Virus record (IMG/VR): IMGVR_UViG_3300009091_001004
Coordinates: 1-63,815 of that record
Reading direction: 5' to 3' (one strand)
Source: a virus
Taxonomy: Duplodnaviria; Caudoviricetes
DNA length: 63,815 nucleotides
Shown here: positions 25,867-38,700 of the stretch, piece by piece
Layout of the letters: the number at the start of each line of letters is the position of its first letter
How positions within the stretch are numbered: the first letter of the stretch is position 1
The notes under the pieces: model-generated
The model's input: the letters and a program-made list of their open reading frames with translations, nothing else
Databases searched by the model: none
What the model was told of the DNA's origin: nothing
Translations under genes and position numbers: made by a program

Positions 25867-26061
25867 GTGAGAACATTAAGTGAGACAGCAGAGATCCTCA
25901 GCGGAGTAGTGCGTCAGACAGAGGTGAACCAGCTGAGACGTGTAGTAGGGACACCTCGTGTCGGCGATGTAATATCAGAAATTACACGCCGACACAGTCT
26001 GCGCAACAGCTTGCAGGTCAGCTCTGCCCTGGTGGAGCTGGCTGTTAAGAAAGGACGTTAG
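25867..26061 (+). CDS. Hypothetical protein
   Basis: AAGGAG RBS, GTG start. Confidence 0.45.
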   Translation: MRTLSETAEILSGVVRQTEVNQLRRVVGTPRVGDVISEITRRHSLRNSLQVSSALVELAVKKGR

Positions 26062-26066
26062 GACAT

Positions 26067-26324
26067 ATGAGTGCAATAATAACCAGCACCCTGCCAACAG
26101 TTATTGGTATGGGGATTGTTGCTGAAACGACAAAGGTAGCGCTTGGCAAGGGAAGGAGGAAATCTAAAATGACCTGTAAAACACGCAGACGAAAAGCGAC
26201 AGGGCGGGTTAAAGCTCCGATCAACCATGTTCGCACCCGCAAGGTTAAGGTACCGATTAAGAGAGTCCGGGTTCCAGTACGCAGAGTACGGACTCCGCTG
26301 GACAAAATAAGGACTCTTATTTAA
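26067..26324 (+). CDS. Very basic protein with hydrophobic N-terminus (core/nucleoprotein candidate)
   Basis: TLPTVIGMGIV followed by R/K/V/P-rich repeats (VKAPI, VKVPIKRVRVPVRRVRTP). Confidence 0.6.
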   Translation: MSAIITSTLPTVIGMGIVAETTKVALGKGRRKSKMTCKTRRRKATGRVKAPINHVRTRKVKVPIKRVRVPVRRVRTPLDKIRTLI

Positions 26325-26351
26325 TTCCTGGTTTTGGTCCCCAATCCTATA

Positions 26352-26438
26352 GGCCGGGAATCATTACCCCGGCCAGTCACTACCGTATGCAGGGGAGGTC
26401 TCCTTTCGACAGGTAAGATCTTCCCTGCCTCCCTTTTC
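26352..26438 (+). terminator. Two hairpins, putative terminator ending the small-gene region
   Basis: ggccggg/cccggcc and gcaggggaggtc/gatcttccctgc stems followed by cccttttc. Confidence 0.5.
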
Positions 26439-26452
26439 ATACCGGAAGACAG

Positions 26453-26481
26453 TTGACAATAATTTAATGTTCTGCTAAGAT
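26453..26481 (+). promoter_or_regulatory. Sigma70-type promoter for the structural operon
   Basis: TTGACA-17-TAAGAT with TG extension. Confidence 0.7.
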
Positions 26482-26523
26482 AGAGAAAATAGGTAGGCGT
26501 GGCTGGATGGGTGGAGAAGTACC

Positions 26524-26697
26524 ATGGTTGCAGGAACTAAAACAAGAGCTAAAAAGCGGGATGTTCTGAGATGCCCGGAGTGCCGTTCTACCCGGCTTAC
26601 CAAAGACGGCACCCAGATCTCCAACCGTTGCCGCGTCCAGCGTTACCTTTGTCATAACTGTTTTCGCAGAACAATTTACCCGAAGAAGGAGTTGTAG
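26524..26697 (+). CDS. InsA-like zinc-ribbon protein (57 aa, not in ORF track)
   Basis: MVAGTKTRAKKRDVLRCPECRSTRLTKDGTQISNRCRVQRYLCHNCFRRTIYPKKEL; CPxC..KDG..QRY.CxxC. Confidence 0.75.
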   Translation: MVAGTKTRAKKRDVLRCPECRSTRLTKDGTQISNRCRVQRYLCHNCFRRTIYPKKEL

Positions 26698-26700
26698 GAC

Positions 26701-29700
26701 GTGGCAGTTATACCTGCTCCGGGAACACAGGGAGAAAGCTACATTATAGTACCTGATGCGCCGGCGACTAGTCCGGCTCCTCCTGACGTGTCCCTGTCTA
26801 CAGCATACCAGCCCTCTAATCCGTATCCCGGGAGCCCGTTGCCTGGTATCGGTGATACTCCAGGGTACCCCGCTGATATGTCGGAAGGTTATGTTCCTCC
26901 TCCGATACCCGGCGCACCTGCCCCGACCTCCTTAACAGAGACAGTAAAACCTATTGTTACCCCGTCTGGGATGACAGAACTGATTGATTCTGGTGGTAGT
27001 GAACCTGTTCCCATCCCTCTCCCTGCGCCTCTCTTGCCATCGGTTCCAGTAGAGGAGCCCGTGGCTGTAGACCCATTTGCGGATATAAAGCAGAGATACG
27101 AGGATGCTGGTCTCATTATGCCTCCTACTGGTCCGAGCCCTGTAGTTTCAGAGCCCGCTTCTGCTACTTCACCCGTAGTAATCGGGACAATGCCATCTAC
27201 TGGTGAAGTGCTTGTCAAGGATACTGATGGTAATATGTACTGGAAACCCGGTACAGCAGAACAGATAACCGCTTTTGATCTCCTGATGACCCAGTATCCA
27301 GAAGGTAATTTCACGTCCCCGGTCTATATTCCTCCTACCGGGATAGATACCGCGCAACCGGCAGCCGGGTCCCTGGCGGGAGAAGACCCACTCCGGGCAT
27401 TAGACAACAAGTGGGGCATCCTGATCGTTGAGGATAGTGACGGACAGCTCACTTTCGTGGGAACAGAGGAACAATGGAACCAATATCAGCAGGACGTACA
27501 GGCAGCAGAACTCAGCACCGTATTGGTCTACAACTACCGTGGTAACGTGATAGAAATGCCTTTCAGAGAATTACAGGGCATGAGTGATCTCGTTGGAGAA
27601 GAGCAGTACGCGAAGGCTGTAGAACTGGGAATACTTCCGGAGGGAAAATTTATTCCCGGAGAAACTCCAGACAAGTGGTCCTATGTTCCGCAGTGGCAAG
27701 TTGAAGCACAGAACAATTTTGAAGCGACTCATACAAGAGTCGGGGATAATCAGTGGCTCCCCAATGAAGCACTCGAGGAGATACGGAATAGCTCTCCCGA
27801 GGCCTACAATATCGTTACCACAGAAGGTCTGGCGGCATACCAGTCCTGGTTTGACCAGAACTATTACAAGTTAGCTACCGGGGAGTATGTCAAGCAGGAT
27901 TACTATAATAATGTCCTTAATGCAGATGATAGAGAGAAACTCAATCTGATGGGTATCGACCGTTTCTCCCAGCTCCTAGCCCTCCGCGAGCAGCAATACA
28001 GGACGATGAGCGCCTCCCGGGAAGCGATAAATACTCAGGAAGGTGTTAACGCGGAGATTAATGAGTACGAAGGGATGCAGCGGGCAATAACATTGGGAAG
28101 GGGTATGTATTTCACGGAAGAGCAGCAGAATGTTATTGATGAGCTTGCTGCGTCCGGGTACGGCGTTCCTGTTATTGGTCCTCTTCCGAAAGAGGGACAG
28201 AAGGGTGTCGTCATTTCCTCCGATGGGGGACAGTACTCCGGGTTCAACATTCTGGATGCCTACCAGAGTGGATTTGATGTTGCCAAACTAACAGCCCTGT
28301 TTGGAGCAGAAATTGTCGACCGAGCGATAGCGCAGGATTCTGCTCTCTCCAATCTATCTTCTGTGAACTATCACGAAGTTGTTGACGGCAAGGATCTCTA
28401 CAATATTAACGCTTACTTGTTCGATAACAGGCGGAACCTGGACAGCGCAATAGCTACGCTGAAAACAGCAGGCTTCACGGAGGATGCGATCCGGTCTAGC
28501 ACTTCTTCTGTGGAGCAGTATAATTCCGATGTCAATCAGGTCATAATGCGCATCGATACTGGTCTTGGTTACAATGAAGCAGACTCGTTGAGTGCTACCC
28601 AGCGCTCTATTTTGGATGGCGCAGTGAGAAAAGCAGGATTTGAGTTAACATCTGCAAGTGGGACTGTGTGGTGGAAAACAGCAACCGAGGAAGAGAAGCA
28701 GAAGGTTGCCGAAATAGTGAATGATACATCCTACCAGGGGTTTATGGGACGGGAAAGCCTGCTCAAGAATCTCTGGGATGCCATCCGCCTGGGCAGCGTC
28801 GACATGTACTATGATCTCAAGAACCGTCTTGTCACTATGGTCAGCACCGAGTTCCGCGAGGTCAAAGAAGGAGACCTGCTTCCTCAGTATCGGCGTGATG
28901 CGGAGGCGTTGATGGCTGCGCAGGGCGCAGGGATACGCACAACTTATACTGCGGAAGAGGCTGCCCACGATAATGAGCTTAGTAAACCGATCCTAGAAAA
29001 GTATGACCAGATATATAAGAACACACTCCAGGCGAAAGAAAACTACCTGATAGCGAATCCAGATATTGCTCCAGTCTACGGTGCCGGTTTCCTGGATAGC
29101 GTGAAATCTAACCCGGGAGTGCTCGCGGATCCCACTCTCTGGGCTGAGACCATAGGACAGACTCTACCCTACACACTAGCCACAATAGGAAGCATGGTTG
29201 TCAGCCAACTGGTTACAGGAACACCGATATACGGTACACCGTTCGCTTTCGGTCTGACCTGGGGAGTAGAGGGTCAGGGTATTTATGATGATGCTATCAA
29301 GAACGGAGCCACCAGAGCCCAGGCTGAGTCTCTGGCTGAGCTCTTCGGCACCTTGTCCGCTGTAGTGGAAACTGCAGGAGACGCTGTCTTTGTGGGCGCT
29401 CTGGGAGGTATGACCAGCAAGATTACCAGCTCCCTGGGCAGGAATGTAGCCGATGGTGCTATCCGAACAGCGGCACTGCAAACTGGCTGGAGTAAACTTA
29501 CAGATAGCGCTGTCTTTGAGCTGATGAACCAGGGTGGCCAGGAGTGGCTCGAGCAGGTAATCCACAACGCAGCCATAAAGACAGTGAATGAGAACCGGGA
29601 AATGTTGGAGAATGCTGCTAGCGCTTTCGTCGGTGGAGTTGTCGGATCTCTTCCCTTTACCTTTATCCCGGTGGCAGTTGGGGGGCTACGGACAGCAGTC

Positions 29701-32700
29701 AACGTAGTGGATAAAGGTGTAAAGTCAAAGATGAGTGTCGAAATAGTAGCGGGAGTTACTCCGGCAGAACAGCTTAATGTGCTTAATCAGGCTCTCAAGT
29801 ACTACGCCGATCCCGCACAGGTTCTTGCCTACCGGCATACTCCGATTGGCCCAGACCTTATGCTGGCCCATGAATTGCTCGGAGCAGCTCTTAATGAGTA
29901 TACACACACTTCTCTCGAGTTAAAGCAGGTAGAGAAGGCTATCAGTGATTTCGGTATGGCAACTTCCGGAAACATTATCGTGACTGATTCTACCGGGAGT
30001 TACTCCCTCTCTGCTTATTTGAAGAATAATCCTGACCTGGCTAATTTCTATGAGGAGCAACTTGCTCGTAATGCGGAGCAGCCTGATGAGGCTTACAATA
30101 CTCTCGTTAACAGGCTGCAGGAAGAGAGAAAGGCTACTGTTACCACGACTGGGCAGCTGGGTGAACTGGACCAGCTTACCGCCCGAGAGAAAGGACTCCA
30201 GGGTAAACTGGAACAGCTGAAAGATCCCCTTATAGAAGCCTCGAAGCACGTCTCCGAGCTACTGGCAACAGCGGCTCGATCAGATACCAGTACCGCGGAA
30301 GTGAGGAAGAGTATCGAGGATCAGGCAAAGGACATTGTTCGTACTGCCGACTCTCTGACTACCCAGTTGGTAGGAGGGAGAGATGCTCTCGAGATCTACA
30401 AGGATATTCAGAGCCTTAACACCCAGATTGGTGCTATGGAAGACCAGATCGGTAAGGAGAAAATAGCAGCAGATCCGACGTCTCTGAGCCGGGTAGAAGG
30501 ATACCGGAAGTTGATTGCCAGGCTTAACCTGGACCTTGTTACTCTTAATGCGGAGCTTAGACAGCGTTATATTGACACCGGTGAGCTGGTAATCGTCAAT
30601 GGGAAAAACCTTTCCCTGGAAATTAAGTCGCACCAGTCTCGTCTGATCGCAGCAACCGATGCATTGGAGGGGTTCCGGAAATCCGGCAAGGGAACGGATA
30701 CCGTCAGCCGGGTGGGTAATGAACAAACGCGAGCCCTTGGAGCAGTAGTGGCCAGCGAGGCAGACAAACTGAACACGGTAAGTAATCTTATCCGCATGGC
30801 TGCTGATGTGAAGACCGCTGCGGAAACTGCACTCGCCTCTGCGCGCAACCTCCCCGATAACGTGGAAGCAGCAGTCACGAGAGGACTAGAGAGAGTTGAT
30901 CAGGCCGCTCAGGCTCTGGAGAACGCGATCGAGGAAGCGCCCGGTATCACTAGCCGTAAGGTAATTCAGGCCGCTGCAGCTCTGCGTCATGCTGTCTGGG
31001 ATTTAATCAGACTGCTGCGGAGGCTACCTCTTATTGTAAGTTCTCAGGCGATCGCTGCCGGCTATGCTATCGGAAGATACGCTTATGCCATAGAATTATT
31101 CGCGGAGGGAAGTACACAGCGGGCTGTTGCGGAAGTGGAAACGCTTCTGGGGCAGCTGGATGACGCCCTGAATGCCGCTCCCGGAAAAGTGAGCAAGGAA
31201 GCTCTCGCGTTTCTGACAGATATAAGACAGGCGGCCTATCGTGCCGAACGGGCTGTGCTGTCTCCGTATGATGCTGTCGTTAATGATTTGATCCCGGCAG
31301 TGAATAAACTGCTGGATGATATGGAAACTGCACCGAATGCTGTTTCCCGGAAGATGCTGGAGATGATAGCGGATACGCGGGAGACAATCACACGCGACAT
31401 TCGCAATGCCGGACTTGATGCCTGGTTTGGAGTCACCAATGAGGCCATAAGCCTTTACCAGGTAACAAGAGGAGGCATCCTGAGTTCTATCTCCAGTGTA
31501 CAATACACAGTATCCCAGAGATTGGGACTGGATCTTCCCCTGGCAACCATAAGAGCATACAACAACCTGAATCGCAGTCTCTCTCACCTATCTCGGATCA
31601 TTGAGACATCCCCCAATCTTGCGGGACGTGAGGTGCTCAATGCGTTGCAGTCTGCCCGGAGGAATACTCGTAATACCGCGGTAGATATCAAGGACGCAGT
31701 TGACCGGATTGCCCTGGATATCCACGATGCTGTTAGAAAAGCCCGGGGTGCCATAACCTCAGCTTCGACGCGTGTTAGTGTGGAAGCAATCGCAGCCTAC
31801 AATAACCTCAATAGAGCACTGGATCGCCTCGAGCAGGCCATTGGTTCCGGGGCAAGTATGGCCAGTCTCCAGGTACTGAATGCAATGGCGGATGTACGTG
31901 CTGCTGTAGATCAACTAAATAAGGTGGTTAGCAGTATACCTCTCAAGACACTACGAATGTATACGCATGCTGAAACGAGCATCAGCTCCTCGGTGGACAA
32001 TCTGGAGAACCAGATCAGCAGACTCGTTGATATGGCAGAGTCGGAAGAACTGACCTGGGGCCCGTTCTTTGCGGCTGTATCCTCGGCGCGGCAGGCAGCT
32101 ACCGGACTGGCTACAAGGCTGGGGGACTCTGTTCGCGGTATGCCATCGCGTCTCCGGGGAGACATTTTATATGCACAGGAAACAAACCTGGCTTTCCGTA
32201 CTCTTACTGACATGCAGAAAGAAATCACCCGGATAGACGAGATTGTCTCCCGGGAAACCGTGAGCAAAGCGACACTGCGTAAGGCACTGGAGAATACTGT
32301 TAAGCTGGATAGGAACGCACGCCTTGTTCCTGGGCTGTACGACCAGGTATCGGAATTCTTGACTGCCCTGAGAGCCCAGCTTCAGGGAAAGATTGACAGC
32401 TTTCCTATCGATGAAGCTAAGCTGGAGCGCAAGCGGCAGGGATTTATGCGGGACATGGTGGAAGATCTGCGCGAGAATTCCCGCAGGGTCAAGGATTTCG
32501 ACATAGAGAAGAGCGAACTAGACTTAGGGAACATATTTGATAAACTGAGTCGCAATATCGACTACCTATCGTCTCTGATACTGGGCAATAAGAATGTGGA
32601 AGCAGAATTCAAGAACAATCTGAAGGACCTCGGGCTAAGTGACAGGACAGTGGATAATGTAGCAAATGCTGTGAAAGAGGTCTCCAAGGCAGTCGAGGCG

Positions 32701-34869
32701 AGGAATGCTGAAGCAGTAAAACATGCTGCGGAGAATCTGGAGAATACCATAGGCTCTACCCTGGAGATGGATCCGATGGTGAGAAAGCTCATGCAGGACG
32801 GTGGACGCTATATTCAGACAACTGCTGATGAGCTGATTAACTCGCTCCGGATGTACGACCTGCTCGACATGATGAAAGATAATGATACCTGGGGAGAGGA
32901 AAGAGCCACCCTGGAAGAGATGCGTAGTGTGCTGCAGGACATGAAGAAGGGAGAGGAGTCGCGTAGTGGAATCGGTGAGACTAGCGCTCTCGGAGCGAAA
33001 GAATCTCCCCTGAGAAACATCGACCAGGAATCCAATGCGCGTGCCCGCGAGATGCTCAACTTCTTCACTGAATCTACCTACAAAACCCCTGCACAAGAGT
33101 CAGCGCAGCTGGGGTGGCGAGAAGCTAGAGAGCTCAGTGAGCGGAGTCTACGCGTAGAACGCCTATTACAGCGTGTCGAGCGCGCTATACGAGATAACTT
33201 CTACAAGGATCTCTATCACGGCGGGGATACAGCTAAACAGGCCTGGGCGGAAATGCTGAAATACCTAGAAGAGGTGTATGGCAAAAAGGAACTGGAAGCG
33301 TATCTCGAGACCGGGGAAGGAATCACAGGAGAATACGCCGGCGGTGAGGGCCTCGTGAGTGCCGAAAGCGCCGAGTTTGCCCAGAATCTTGATAGCGCGC
33401 TGGCTGAAGTAGAACGAATTTTGAATGACAATAAAGATACTCCTCCGGATGCTCCTGCTCCTGAGGACCTTCCTTTCGAGACTCCTCCGGAAAGAGGTGG
33501 CAGTGGTGGTGGTACAACTACAGCAGAGCGTACGATGACTGCCACCAAGACAGCTACTGAGGTAGAGACCGATGTAGAACGTGCTGCCCGGGAAGCAATG
33601 GAGGAGTATCAACGCTCTCTCGAGGAAGAAAAAGCAGCAGCAGCAGAGGAAAAGGCGGCACAGGAGAAAGAGATACAGCAGGAAGAAAAGCGAAAACAGC
33701 TGGAGGCTGAGAGACAAGCCGCGGAAATAATAGAAGCGATAAGAAAGAAAAATCTTGGGCAGACGGAGAAGGAAAAGAGTAAGCTGAAGAAACCTGTCCG
33801 TGAGTTGCCTCGAGAAAAACCGGAAGAAATCTCCTGGTTCGCTGGCACAAAGCCCGCTCCTTCTCATGTGCCCATGAGAAAGAAAAAGACGCTGGATGCC
33901 TATTCTCCTTACACGATCCCCGAGCCCGCTCCAGAGGATGCCGCTCCGTCACATCCTGTAATCAAGCCTGGGATACGGCCGGTGACTCCTCCGGAATTTC
34001 AACCGATGACTCAACCTGTTGTCCCTCCAGAGCCTATGCCTCTCCCGAAACCGATTCCGGGCACAACGCCAGTGCCGGAACCCAGGCATACTCCTGAGCC
34101 TGAACCAACTCCCGAGCCGGAGATCCAGCCCGTACCGGAGCCGGAACCGAGACCAGAACCGAGACCAGAACCGTATCAGGAGCCGTATCCTGTCCCAGAA
34201 CCAGAGCCATACCCTGAACCTGAACCGGTTCCTGAGCCGGAGCCAGAGCCTGTCCCGCAACCGGAGCCCAATATGCCTCCTTACCCTCCTCCGGTAAATC
34301 CCCCACCATCTCCTCCGGTGAACCCCCCGGCAGAGATCCTGGTACCCCCTCCTCCGTTCCTTCCCCCTCTCATGGGTGGCGGAGAGGGGAGAAGACCTGT
34401 TGTTCCTCCAGGATCATTAGTGTGGGCAATGGGTAGATTGAAGAGGGGTAGGCGAGGCAGATCCACGCAGTGGTGGTATATTCCTGCTCCCTGGGACCAG
34501 GATGATGCTATACCTTTACAGGATCCTCCTGTGGGGGCGAGAGCAATCGACCGGGCTGTCCCTCGCGAAACTTTGCAGATTATTGGAGAGCCCCAGAGTC
34601 CTGTTCCCCACCTGGTGCGGAAAGACCTGGGATTTATTGATATTGAGATTATTGGTGGCAGGACTATCACATTTAAGTCCGGTGGCCTGAAGACCGATGT
34701 TGGGACACGCGACCCGAGTCCGACCCGTGGTATAACAATAGAGGGAGATGGAGCGATCCTGGATAACCTTCCCAGACACGTAGCCAAGAAGCGGGCGGTG
34801 GGCAAGAGGAAGAAAAAGAAGATAAGTGAATGGGACTATATAACGACACTAAAGGGATATAAGTTTTAG
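26701..34869 (+). CDS. Giant 2722-aa putative virion/ejection protein
   Basis: Pro-rich N-terminus, central Gly/Ala hydrophobic segments, long helical repeats, (PE)n tract, globular C-terminal domain, basic tail. Confidence 0.7.
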   Translation: MAVIPAPGTQGESYIIVPDAPATSPAPPDVSLSTAYQPSNPYPGSPLPGIGDTPGYPADMSEGYVPPPIPGAPAPTSLTETVKPIVTPSGMTELIDSGGSEPVPIPLPAPLLPSVPVEEPVAVDPFADIKQRYEDAGLIMPPTGPSPVVSEPASATSPVVIGTMPSTGEVLVKDTDGNMYWKPGTAEQITAFDLLMTQYPEGNFTSPVYIPPTGIDTAQPAAGSLAGEDPLRALDNKWGILIVEDSDGQLTFVGTEEQWNQYQQDVQAAELSTVLVYNYRGNVIEMPFRELQGMSDLVGEEQYAKAVELGILPEGKFIPGETPDKWSYVPQWQVEAQNNFEATHTRVGDNQWLPNEALEEIRNSSPEAYNIVTTEGLAAYQSWFDQNYYKLATGEYVKQDYYNNVLNADDREKLNLMGIDRFSQLLALREQQYRTMSASREAINTQEGVNAEINEYEGMQRAITLGRGMYFTEEQQNVIDELAASGYGVPVIGPLPKEGQKGVVISSDGGQYSGFNILDAYQSGFDVAKLTALFGAEIVDRAIAQDSALSNLSSVNYHEVVDGKDLYNINAYLFDNRRNLDSAIATLKTAGFTEDAIRSSTSSVEQYNSDVNQVIMRIDTGLGYNEADSLSATQRSILDGAVRKAGFELTSASGTVWWKTATEEEKQKVAEIVNDTSYQGFMGRESLLKNLWDAIRLGSVDMYYDLKNRLVTMVSTEFREVKEGDLLPQYRRDAEALMAAQGAGIRTTYTAEEAAHDNELSKPILEKYDQIYKNTLQAKENYLIANPDIAPVYGAGFLDSVKSNPGVLADPTLWAETIGQTLPYTLATIGSMVVSQLVTGTPIYGTPFAFGLTWGVEGQGIYDDAIKNGATRAQAESLAELFGTLSAVVETAGDAVFVGALGGMTSKITSSLGRNVADGAIRTAALQTGWSKLTDSAVFELMNQGGQEWLEQVIHNAAIKTVNENREMLENAASAFVGGVVGSLPFTFIPVAVGGLRTAVNVVDKGVKSKMSVEIVAGVTPAEQLNVLNQALKYYADPAQVLAYRHTPIGPDLMLAHELLGAALNEYTHTSLELKQVEKAISDFGMATSGNIIVTDSTGSYSLSAYLKNNPDLANFYEEQLARNAEQPDEAYNTLVNRLQEERKATVTTTGQLGELDQLTAREKGLQGKLEQLKDPLIEASKHVSELLATAARSDTSTAEVRKSIEDQAKDIVRTADSLTTQLVGGRDALEIYKDIQSLNTQIGAMEDQIGKEKIAADPTSLSRVEGYRKLIARLNLDLVTLNAELRQRYIDTGELVIVNGKNLSLEIKSHQSRLIAATDALEGFRKSGKGTDTVSRVGNEQTRALGAVVASEADKLNTVSNLIRMAADVKTAAETALASARNLPDNVEAAVTRGLERVDQAAQALENAIEEAPGITSRKVIQAAAALRHAVWDLIRLLRRLPLIVSSQAIAAGYAIGRYAYAIELFAEGSTQRAVAEVETLLGQLDDALNAAPGKVSKEALAFLTDIRQAAYRAERAVLSPYDAVVNDLIPAVNKLLDDMETAPNAVSRKMLEMIADTRETITRDIRNAGLDAWFGVTNEAISLYQVTRGGILSSISSVQYTVSQRLGLDLPLATIRAYNNLNRSLSHLSRIIETSPNLAGREVLNALQSARRNTRNTAVDIKDAVDRIALDIHDAVRKARGAITSASTRVSVEAIAAYNNLNRALDRLEQAIGSGASMASLQVLNAMADVRAAVDQLNKVVSSIPLKTLRMYTHAETSISSSVDNLENQISRLVDMAESEELTWGPFFAAVSSARQAATGLATRLGDSVRGMPSRLRGDILYAQETNLAFRTLTDMQKEITRIDEIVSRETVSKATLRKALENTVKLDRNARLVPGLYDQVSEFLTALRAQLQGKIDSFPIDEAKLERKRQGFMRDMVEDLRENSRRVKDFDIEKSELDLGNIFDKLSRNIDYLSSLILGNKNVEAEFKNNLKDLGLSDRTVDNVANAVKEVSKAVEARNAEAVKHAAENLENTIGSTLEMDPMVRKLMQDGGRYIQTTADELINSLRMYDLLDMMKDNDTWGEERATLEEMRSVLQDMKKGEESRSGIGETSALGAKESPLRNIDQESNARAREMLNFFTESTYKTPAQESAQLGWREARELSERSLRVERLLQRVERAIRDNFYKDLYHGGDTAKQAWAEMLKYLEEVYGKKELEAYLETGEGITGEYAGGEGLVSAESAEFAQNLDSALAEVERILNDNKDTPPDAPAPEDLPFETPPERGGSGGGTTTAERTMTATKTATEVETDVERAAREAMEEYQRSLEEEKAAAAEEKAAQEKEIQQEEKRKQLEAERQAAEIIEAIRKKNLGQTEKEKSKLKKPVRELPREKPEEISWFAGTKPAPSHVPMRKKKTLDAYSPYTIPEPAPEDAAPSHPVIKPGIRPVTPPEFQPMTQPVVPPEPMPLPKPIPGTTPVPEPRHTPEPEPTPEPEIQPVPEPEPRPEPRPEPYQEPYPVPEPEPYPEPEPVPEPEPEPVPQPEPNMPPYPPPVNPPPSPPVNPPAEILVPPPPFLPPLMGGGEGRRPVVPPGSLVWAMGRLKRGRRGRSTQWWYIPAPWDQDDAIPLQDPPVGARAIDRAVPRETLQIIGEPQSPVPHLVRKDLGFIDIEIIGGRTITFKSGGLKTDVGTRDPSPTRGITIEGDGAILDNLPRHVAKKRAVGKRKKKKISEWDYITTLKGYKF
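34075..34270 (+). repeat. Pro-Glu (PEPEP) low-complexity coding repeat
   Basis: ccagaaccg/ccggagcc iterations; boundaries approximate. Confidence 0.8.
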
Positions 34870-34896
34870 CCAAGTGCGTAAGCGAGGAGGAATAAT

Positions 34897-35355
34897 ATGG
34901 CATATGAACAGGAACCAGCAGAGGACATCATAACAGACGAAAGTGCGGAGGCATACGAGCCAGGAGAGCAAGCCTACATCCCACCCAGGGCACCCGTCTT
35001 CCCCGCAATATCTCCAATAGCGACCCATCAGGCAGGAGCGGTTGCTGGAGGAATGTTATCGGGAATCAGTAACAGGATGGGCCTATCTCCTACCCGGGAA
35101 GCTAACGGGGATGACCTCAGCGATCTCTTCGAGGGAGTCGATGACGAAGATCTTGATGTCAATATCGATGATCTTGTTGATGTCGATGAGGAAGACATCT
35201 TCGGAGAAGGCGGAGAAGACATGTCTGACCTGATAGACGTCTCTTTCGAAGATATTATGGGAGAGCCCCCGAAGCCGCGGATGCAGAGAGTATCTCGCCG
35301 CAACCAGCTGCTGCACCAGTACTCTCCGGGCGGCATGACCGGCGTAGAGATGTAA
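34897..35355 (+). CDS. Acidic protein with DLSDL-type repeats and basic tail
   Basis: DDLSDLF, IDDLVDV, DMSDLIDV; ends RVSRR...PGGMTGVEM. Confidence 0.65.
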   Translation: MAYEQEPAEDIITDESAEAYEPGEQAYIPPRAPVFPAISPIATHQAGAVAGGMLSGISNRMGLSPTREANGDDLSDLFEGVDDEDLDVNIDDLVDVDEEDIFGEGGEDMSDLIDVSFEDIMGEPPKPRMQRVSRRNQLLHQYSPGGMTGVEM

Positions 35356-35371
35356 TCGAGGAGGGGCGAAG

Positions 35372-35710
35372 ATGAGGGTCTCATTCCAGGCTATCATAAA
35401 AAGGATAGTAGATAGAGCAGCTGAGCTTCCGGCAATGGTGGCCATGTTGCTACTGTGTCTTGGTATTCTGCTGAATAAGATAGTCATCCGGGTTAACGGA
35501 GGAATGCCTGTTGCGGGAATAACTCCAGGACAGGCATACGGACGCTGGATTGTCTTGACGGAGAGCACGCGTCTTAGAGTGCTTGCCGATATCCTGCCGG
35601 GACACTTTTCCATCGGGGATATACTGATACTCGGTGCCGCGACTGCACTTGCTATCCTGTTTATTACCAGCTGTAGACAGGCGATGATTCTGTTGAAAAC
35701 TGCAAGATAA
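35372..35710 (+). CDS. DUF5317-like membrane protein
   Basis: G..LN..VI..NGGMPV...T.L..LADI....FSIGD motif. Confidence 0.7.
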   Translation: MRVSFQAIIKRIVDRAAELPAMVAMLLLCLGILLNKIVIRVNGGMPVAGITPGQAYGRWIVLTESTRLRVLADILPGHFSIGDILILGAATALAILFITSCRQAMILLKTAR

Positions 35711-35724
35711 GGTGGCTGTAATAT

Positions 35725-38700
35725 ATGAAAATATTCCGGGCAATCTGGTCTATAAAAATACTCAGGGTGGTCTTGTCTGTTATTTTTTCTCTAATCCTGG
35801 CAGCCGGTATACTTACTACATTCCCGGAACCGGGTCCTGCTTATGCTGATGCAGTAGACCTATACTGGATAGGAGGTACTGGTAACTGGTCTGATACTGG
35901 TAACTGGTCTACTTCCTCTGGTGGTGGAGGAGGCCATGCTGTTCCTACCTTAACCAATAACGTCTTCTTTGATGCTAACTCAGTAACAGAAGTAGGACAG
36001 ACGATAACTCTTAACTCGGCTTCGATGAGCTGCGCTAATATGGACATGTCGGCGCTCGGTGCCTGGGGAGTAACTTTTGCAGATAGCGTAGCTACTAATA
36101 TTTTGTATGTCTATGGCTCCTTTACGGGTCCTTCTAACGCAATAACGCAGAACTTCGATGGGGATATTTACTTGAAGTCTACTGCTGTCGGTAAGACTGT
36201 CACCTGGGGAACTTTTGATCCCGGACAGGATGTCTACTTCGATGGGGTGGGTGGAGAGTGGACTTTAGCTGATGCTATGGTTCTGGATGGTTCAGGCTGT
36301 GACGTGCATCTGGTGAACGGCACTCTGGACACAGCGGACCAGACTGTTACTATCCCGGACGACTTCAGTATAGAAGGTGCGGGGACAAAAGTGCTGTCTC
36401 TGGGAGCATCGGTAGTAGACTGTCAGACCTTTGCAATCACGGCTACGGTTGTTGATCTTACGCTGAATGGGGAGACGTCCCACATAAATATTACGGACGG
36501 GTGCTTTGCGAATGACTCCGCTATTCCTGTTACTATATACGATCTACACTTCCCCAGTCCTACTTCTACAACAGTAGGTCTCTATGCTACTACAGGATCC
36601 ACTACTACTCATGCCCACGACGTAACTGCTGATGATACTACTGGTGCTAACTATGACCTTCGCTTGGATGGCCTCCACTGTAATGATTTATCTATAGGGT
36701 ATAGTTCTACCCGTAGAGACTTTTCTGTCATTCTCTACGACAACGTAGAAGTGGATGGAACTTTCACTGTAGCAGGATACTCAGACCATATTCGCTGCAT
36801 GGTGGAATCTAGTACCGCTGCAGCAAGAACTATAACGGCAGCGATTGTCTCTTCCACTTATACTGATTACTACTATATTACCGGTGCTGGAGCAGGAAGC
36901 TGGGATCTCTCTGGAGGAGACGCAATAGATTTCCGGGGGAATACAGGAATCACTTTCCATACTGGAGATGTAGACGAATACTACTGGTACCAGGATTCAG
37001 GAAACTGGACTACTAGCTGGCAGTGGTCTAACACGACCGGAGGGCATGATAATGCCGGTTGCATGAGGCTTCCGGAACCTACTACTGACGACAATGTGCA
37101 TTTTGATGCTAATAGTTTCTCCAGCGCAGGAGAAATTGTCACGGTAACTGAAGACGATAATGTCTACTGTAACGATATGGATTGGACGGGGGCCACTAAC
37201 TCTCCCAGGTTTCAAATGTCTGGTATGGACGCAGGTACGGGTGTTCATGCTTACGGAGATGTCACCTATATTCAGACTATGACCAGCTACGGAGCTGCCG
37301 TCAGCTTCGTGGGAACAGGAACCCAGTTATTCACTCCTAATAATGTTTACTCTCCTAACAGGTCCCAGATTTACATAGACGGTGCTGTGGGAGTAACCTG
37401 GATGAGTGACATGGATAGTGCTCTAGCAGGAGGCGATGCCTGGTACATCACTCATCTGTCTGGAGATCTCAATACTAATGGATATAACCTGGTAATGCAT
37501 TGGCCTAATCAGGATGGTCTTTGTGACTTTACATCATCGGGAGCTCTTTCCAGGACTATAACTCTGGGAGATTCTAATATAGAAGCGTATAGTTGGGTTG
37601 TCTCCGGCTCCAACGTCACCCTGGATGCTGGAATATCCACTATCACTCTGGATGGACCAGTTGATGATTTTGCTGGTTTAGGGTTGACCTACTACAACGT
37701 GGTGTTTACTGCCGGGGCCAATGGCATAACGGGAGCTAACACCTTTGAAGACTTGACGATAGTGGGAGCCGGCACCTATACAGCTTATTGTGACTTTGCG
37801 GCGGACCAGACAGTGAATGATGACCTCACCATTACAGGCAGTTCCCAGATATACAAATTACTGGTTTGTTCGACTGCTACTGATACTCCAAGAACTCTGA
37901 CCTGCAATGGGACTCTGGCAGTACAGGACGCCAATTTTATGGATATCACTGGAGCAGGGTCCTGTGGTTGGAACATAGTATCTTCCCGAGTAGGGAATGT
38001 AGAGGGGAGCAACTCAGAAATCATCTTTCCTTCTCCTAAAGCTTACTACTGGTACGCTGATTCAGGAAGCTGGTCTGATTCCAGCAAGTGGTACACGGAA
38101 AGTCAGGGGGGAGGCACGTCTGGAGTTATTCCCCTCTTTCAGGATGTGGCGATTTTTGATGCTTATTCCTTCTCCATGCCCACCCGTGTTATCACTATAG
38201 ACCAGACCAGGATAGGAAACCTCCGGGCACTAGAGGCAGTCAACTCCCCTACATGGACCGAGAATGAGACTTACGACTATCTTATTATCTACGGGGACAT
38301 AAACTTACCTCCTGATGGAGGTACCTGGGACGTTCTGGTTACCCAGTTTCAGGGTAGAGATGGAACAAACCTGGATACCGGGAACGATATAGACCATGAT
38401 GGGGTAGATTTTACTGGAAGCGTCTTCGTGGATACCCGAGCTGCGTCTCTTACTCTGCAGAGCAACCTGACTGTCTCCGGATATATTCACCTGCAGGGTG
38501 GATTGCTGGACTTCTACAACCATAACGTTACTGCTTCCCGGTTTGACAGCCAGAGTGTAACGACCTATACCCGGTCGCTGAACCTGGGATCAGGCTCCTT
38601 TACTTTGAATAGTACTGTAATAGGTACTTCAGAAGACAAGTGGACTGTGTCTGCTACGAATTTTACCTTACTGGCGAACACATCTACTATTGTCCTTACT

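Noticed and set aside
26330-26450. Structured ncRNA or tRNA
   Set aside because: Two simple hairpins between an operon end and a promoter are adequately explained as a terminator; no cloverleaf seen here or elsewhere.
24348-26697. IS1 insertion sequences
   Set aside because: Only the zinc-ribbon part is present; no DDE transposase or terminal inverted repeats seen.
26701-34869. Classical tail tape-measure protein of a tailed phage
   Set aside because: No tail tube, chaperone, baseplate, portal or terminase genes recognised around it; kept only as a functional analogy.
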